Shown: positions 45,404 through 64,000 of the stretch, in pieces
How the letters are laid out: each line of letters starts with the position of its first letter
Position numbering within the stretch: position 1 is the first letter of the stretch
Origin: the human T2T-CHM13v2.0 reference genome, Homo sapiens
DNA: 64,000 nt
Assembly (NCBI RefSeq): GCF_009914755.1
Contig: NC_060930.1
Reading direction: 5' to 3' (one strand)
Program-made: the position numbers and the translations under genes
Notes under the pieces: generated by a model
The model's input: the letters and a program-made list of their open reading frames with translations, nothing else
Databases searched by the model: none
What the model was told of the DNA's origin: nothing

Positions 45404-45507
45404 AAATATATGGAATGCTTCACTGACTTGCATGCCATCCTTGTACAGAAGCCATGCTAACCTTCTCCATATCATTCCAATTTTAGCGTATGTGCTAAAG
45501 GGAGTAC
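45404..45507 (-). pseudogene. U6 snRNA pseudogene (full length, ~80% identity)
   Basis: Reverse complement aligns to U6 end to end (GTACTCCCTT..CTAAAATTGGAATGATATGGAGAAGGTTAGCATGG..GAAGCATTCCATAT). Confidence 0.92.
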
Positions 45508-46938
45508 TGGTATTATTAAGCTATATAAGTATGAAATTAGTATAAGGAAACCGAGGCACAGAGAGGTAAAGTAGCTTGATGTTTACAAGGTGGTGTAACC
45601 AAACTTTTGGCATCAGCAAATTGACATAGGTCAAAGGAAAAATATGAACTGGAGAAGAATGATGTTAAAAGTCATTTCCTTCGTGGGAGAGTATGTCTAT
45701 CTAACATTCTGATCCCTTCTGGTGTCAACATTCCCCTGCCTCCTTACCTCACCATTTTTTAGGAAATTGCCTTTCCCCCAAGGCTGTCCATTAGAACGTT
45801 CTGTCCCTTCTGACATAGAGCCTGACCTACTCAGTCTTTCCCTGGAATTTTCCAAATTAGAGGTGGAGGAATTGCTCTTTCATCTCAGATGCCAAATTGT
45901 AAGCCTGACCTCAGTCTTGCTGATGGTCATCTCTGCTGCACATGGCAGAATCTGAGAGAATGGAGACAAGAGATGAGCGATGGAAAAAGGAAGGAAGGAG
46001 GGAGCACTGAACATAGCCAAGCCCGAGGCCAGCTCCAATCCTCTCTGTTCCAGTTATGTGACCCAACAAATATCTTTTATGCTTTCATTCCTTGGAATTG
46101 GGTATCTCCAACTTACCCCTATGAGAGATCTACTAACACACTTCCCACCCTCCTAATCTAGGTAAGCCTACATCTCACGCAGATTTCAAAGTAAAACACT
46201 CTCCTTTTCATTGATACTTCAATGAAAGGAAGTGGGCATCAAAAGTGACTTCTCTGACACTGCTTAAAATTGGAAAATTTTCTGTCGTGTCTCACTGGAA
46301 TCAATGTGCAGGACACAGGGAATAGTCATTGTAGGCCTCAGTTTACACCTACCCAGCACGCGCAGTTGCTAAAGCAGGTAATCAAATCACTTTTCTGTGT
46401 TGTGTAAAACTGAACTTTGAATTTTTCCTTTAGGGTTTCTCAATTTGGAAGCCATTCATGGCTCTCATGCGGAGTTTCTACAAGTTCTGTATTTACTTCA
46501 GTGCTCAAGACCAAACTGCATCATCTTAAATTGGATGCTGAGCTGTATCTGTTCTGAGAAACAAGAAGTGTTCTCTTTCTAAATCTCTGGGCAGACAAGA
46601 CAAGCCTGGATGACTGTTAAAATCCCTAGATGATTGTGGGAATGTTCCTGGATGTCATGGTCCTCTTTGGAAAATATTGTGAAACTTTAAAATACGTAAT
46701 TATAAGACTTGAAAACTGTTTTACCAATAGAAACTATGACTAACATATGTATATGCAACATCAGAATCATGAACCATGAACCCAAGAGTCAACCCCAAAA
46801 AAGGAAAACATAAAAAACAAGCTCCCAAATTCACAGTGGTAGATTATTTCCAATTTCCTGTAAATACTTGGCTGTCCTTTTGTTTTGTGCTAAAAGGCAA
46901 AAAATGGGGTGTCCTATAAGTTAATAAAAATGCAGCTA

Positions 46939-50910
<3,972 letters not shown>

Positions 50911-51743
50911 TCACAAATTTCATTCAACGCTCCCAAAAATATTTTAGTTGGGCATGTTTTGAAACAGATGAAGAACCTGAGATTTAGAAAGATTAACCAG
51001 TTCATCCAGATCACATGCTCAGATTTCTGTGTTTATACTCTGAATCTAGGACTGGATTCCAGATAGCTACGACATCTCCCCTGTAAAAGCTTTTTGATCA
51101 CTCACCTTTACCTAGATAAGCAACTGCCTGGGACACTCAAAGAATTTTTACACAATGATTAGAATAGCTAATATCTTAACTCTAGAATGTGGTAGAAAAA
51201 TAGAGATCCAAAGAAGTTACATAAAACAGAGCATGGCAACAGAAAAAAAGCACAAGTCTTGGGAGGCAGTAGCCCTGAAGTCTGGATGCCAGTCCCTCAC
51301 TTGCTGTGTGACTTGAGACAGGTGGCTTTACCTCTCTGGGCACTAGGATTGCCTAATCTGAAAAATGAGCTGATGATCTCTTACCAGCCTGAAGGCATGG
51401 GCTGGATCGGATGATTGCCCAAGATCCCTCCTAGTGGAAAGGCTGTCATTTACGAAAAAATCCCAGTCATTTAGAAGGCTAGGAATATAATTCAACTGAG
51501 ATGGACTCTCCTCTTGAAAGTGTAGTCCCTATGATTTTGCCATTTTCTCTAATGTAATATTTGGAATTTAGGATTTATTGAAAGAAATTTTAGTCACCTT
51601 TTCTTTAACTCCTTCAAATTTTGTCCAGAAAACTCAGGCTTGAGAATAATTTCAGCCTTGAAATCACTTGAAAAACTGGTATGTAGGAATCCAGTGCAAT
51701 TCAACACATCCCACAAGTGTACTGAGTGTTTACTGTTGTGTAG

Positions 51744-51941
<198 letters not shown>

Positions 51942-52114
51942 TGACACCACACCCAGATAATTTTTGTATTTTTAGTAGAGACGCCATGTTGGCCAGGCTG
52001 GTCTCAAACTCCTGACCTCAGATGATGCACCCACCTCGGCCTCCCAAAGTGTTAGGATTACAGTCATGAGCCACTGCGTCCAGCCACTTGATTTTATTTC
52101 TAAGCTTTTTCTTC

Positions 52115-52890
52115 ATTTTTTTATTATGGTAAAATATACACAACATAAAATTTACTCTTTTAAACGTTTTTAAGTGGCAGTTCAGTGGCGGTAATTACAC
52201 TCACATTGATGTACAACCATCATCACCATCCATCTTCAGAACTTTTTTATCAGCCCAAACTGAAACTCTGTACGCATTAATAATAACTCTCAATCTCTCA
52301 CTGCCCCCTTGTCCCCAGCCCCTGGGAACCACTATTCTACTTTCTGTCTCTATGAATTTGCCTATTCTAGGTATCTCGTATAAGTGGATTATATAATATG
52401 TGATCTTTTGCATCTGGCTTATTTCACTGAGCAGAATGTATTTAAAGCTCACCCATGTTGTAGCATGTATCAGTACTTCATTCTTTTTTTTTAAGTGGCA
52501 AAATAAAAATCACATAATACTATGTTAAACATTTTTAAGTTCGGTAACAATGAGCACATTCACACTGCTGTGCAACTATCAACACCGTCTATCTCCAGAA
52601 CTCTTTTCATCTGTAAAACTGAAATTCTGTCCACTAAATATTAACTCCCCTTTCCTCCCAGCCCCTGACAACCATCATTCTACTTTATGTCTGTAGGTAC
52701 CTCATATAATCGGAATCATATAGTATTTGTGTTTTTGTGACTGGCTTATTTCACTTAACATAATGCCCTTGAGGTCCATCCATGCTTGTAGCATGTATCG
52801 GAATTTTCTTCCTTATTAAGGTTGAATAACATCCCGTTGTAGGTATATACCACACTTAGTTTATCCAGTCACCCATGGATGAACACTTGG
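52115..52890 (-). mobile_element. Two tandem L1MB 3' end fragments
   Basis: Repeated caaccatcatcaccatccatct / accactattctactttctgtctctatgaattt motifs. Confidence 0.75.
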
Positions 52891-53599
52891 GTTGTTTGTA
52901 CTGCATTTAATTTTTTAAGCCTTCATTTGCAGATTAGAGCAACTCCTGAAAACTGTTGGAAGTACAATCTAGTACTAATATAATGTGCTGTACACAGGTA
53001 AAGAAAAAAACAAAATAGAGTTAATGGCAGTAGGCATGAATCAGAGAAGTATGCACTGAGTTATTTCAAGTTTGAAAAGGAAATTCCAGCGTTAAAAAAA
53101 AAATGAAGCCAGATTTTTGTCTGTTGTTTTTCTCTCTAAAGGGATGTTACTAAATTGTAAGTTTCATAAGGTCAGAGACTGTACAACTTTTAACTGCGCA
53201 TTCCATATTACACCTTGCAAAGTTCCTGGAAAACACCATTAACTTATCTATAAATACACCAGCATAGCATACAATTAAGAAATATCTTCATCTAAATTAC
53301 CACATTTGATTTTACGACAACCTGACAAAATGGGCAGGGCAAGTATTTGTGCAATCTTATGGACAAAGAAGCTGAGGATCTCAGCCATTAGCTCATTTCC
53401 AGGCAATGTGAGAGCAGGGACACCAACAGAAGTTTGTAATGCCATTCCCAGCTCTGTCCCTCTGTTTTCCCATCTCTCAGCAGTGGTGAATGAGCATGTG
53501 AAGTCACTTCCTAAGTATAATTTCATTTTAAGACACAGAAATATAAGCTAGACAACATCTTAAGGTCCTTCTGATCATGAAATTTTTTTGTGTGTGTGA

Positions 53600-53859
<260 letters not shown>

Positions 53860-54485
53860 TGAGCCTCTGCACGCAGTGATCATACAATTTTATGTGACAG
53901 TTTCCCTGAGAGCAAATACTTATTTTCGAATATGAAGGTATGTCTATGTGAGATCAGGCCTACTAACATATATTTAGAAAATAATAAAGTGACCTCAACT
54001 TCTGTGAAAGACCCTGCAAAATGAGAGAAAACCAACAAAAAGGGACAAGGAAAGGAGGGGGTTATATAGGTTTGATAGGAAGAACATTGATCGCTCTTTG
54101 ATTCTTGTGCTTAGTTTAGAAAAGGTAAGTATTAAATTGATTATAGGTATGATGATTGGTTCAAGCAGGATTACCTAGAACAAAATTACGAGTGCTCTTT
54201 GAGTGCTCCAGCCTTCTTGGGTTTCCTCTCTGCAGATCCTTGGAAGGCACCTTTCTCAGCTTTACTCAGGGGCTCTATACTTTCAAGCTGCCCAGTATGC
54301 CCAGCCCTCTGATGCACCATCTGAGCCCTCTTCACAGATAAAGCCCCACCCTCTGTTTCCTCATGAAAACTTGCCTACTTAGAACTTCCGGTTAAAAATG
54401 ACAGATTGTTCACACACATTCATTTCCCCTCCTTCCCAAAACCCTGCTAGAGTAACTGTAAAACAGTGTAAAATAGTGTTAGGCA

Positions 54486-57972
<3,487 letters not shown>

Positions 57973-58374
57973 AAAATAGTATTAAGCACCCCCCCGAAAA
58001 GAGGCTAGAGGATCACAGTGGAAGAAAGATTTCAATGAATTTTTGAAAGACAAAGTAGACACCAGAGGAACCAACTTAACAAGGGAGAATGTTACAACGT
58101 AAACAGAGGTAGAAATGGAAGAGAAGAAAGCCAGTTGGCTCACAGACTTAGTGCCTGGATTTCCCAAGTACCACGAAGGAAAGACTTACATGACACTAAA
58201 GCACTGGCTGAATGTTGAAGGGCTGAGCAGTTGGGTCATTCTCCTGTATCCACTCATAAGACAATAGCCCTCCCCGACCCGTAAGAGATCTGAGGATTGT
58301 TCTCTTGGGAAGCTGAATAACCAAAGCTTTGGATTTGGAAAAGTTCTGAATTTAGGGACATAAAGAACAGGGAA

Positions 58375-63410
<5,036 letters not shown>

Positions 63411-64000
63411 GAAAAGAAATTTCAATTAAAAACTTATTTTAAAAATAAGTAAAATAGAATAAGAATGGAAAAGTGAAGGGTAGGCAAGGGCAGAGGTAAT
63501 GGCCACACAGGACTAGCCTTCGGCTTGGTCATCTTTTCTACCAGTCACCAATCCAGGGCACCGAGGAAGTCCAGCAGCGCCTGAGCCTGCTGCACTTGCA
63601 GTAGCAGGGACTGGCCGGGAGATGGCAGCCCTGTCCCAGGTCGGGTGGTGCCTCAGCCGCAGTTCCTGTCACGGCCATCGGGAGGCAGTGCAGGAACACG
63701 CACTGATGTGTAGCAACTCAGCCTAAAAAGCAGTTATTATTATAATACATTGCTGCTGTGATAAGCACTCAGCAAATATTTGTTTGAGTGAGTTGATTCT
63801 ATGTCAGTCATTAAGATCACTCTCTTGAATGCACCCTCAACACCTTTGCAGGTACCACAATCCTAGGTCATCACTTTAAACCCATGTCCGTGAATGTTAC
63901 CCTGTATCCCCGCCGTCCGTTCATTCTCACACTGTTTCACACTTGCAACTCACTCAGCTAAGCTCCGACACCTCACTCTGCTCATGGCCTTGCTTTCCAG

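Overview
Human (or great-ape) genomic DNA containing the whole GCM1 gene (glial cells missing 1, placental syncytiotrophoblast transcription factor; 6p12 from recall) on the minus strand. It has a non-coding exon 1 (~40362-40450) and five coding exons (37169-37243, 25679-25931, 23612-23724, 22408-22536, 19812-20552). All junctions are GT-AG, and the coding exons sum to 1311 nt = 436 aa plus stop. The ~1.25 kb 3'UTR carries an antisense Alu. The rest of the window is intergenic/intronic and repeat-rich: roughly 55-60 Alu/FLAM pieces plus L1/HAL1, MER34 and MLT LTRs, hAT DNA transposon remnants, MIRs and microsatellites. No other protein-coding gene is supported and no wholly new biological system is evident. 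The most notable non-obvious structures are: (1) two ancient MIR copies forming a ~93%-identical 222-bp inverted repeat around a 2.2-kb spacer; (2) an exon-1 uORF whose stop lies inside an alternative splice donor, so using that donor would fuse the uORF in frame to GCM1; (3) a U6/L1 chimeric retrocopy; (4) a U3 retrocopy truncated at nt 69; (5) a possible intron-5 polyadenylated isoform encoding only the DNA-binding domain. Repeat family names come from recalled consensus sequences, and repeat boundaries are approximate.
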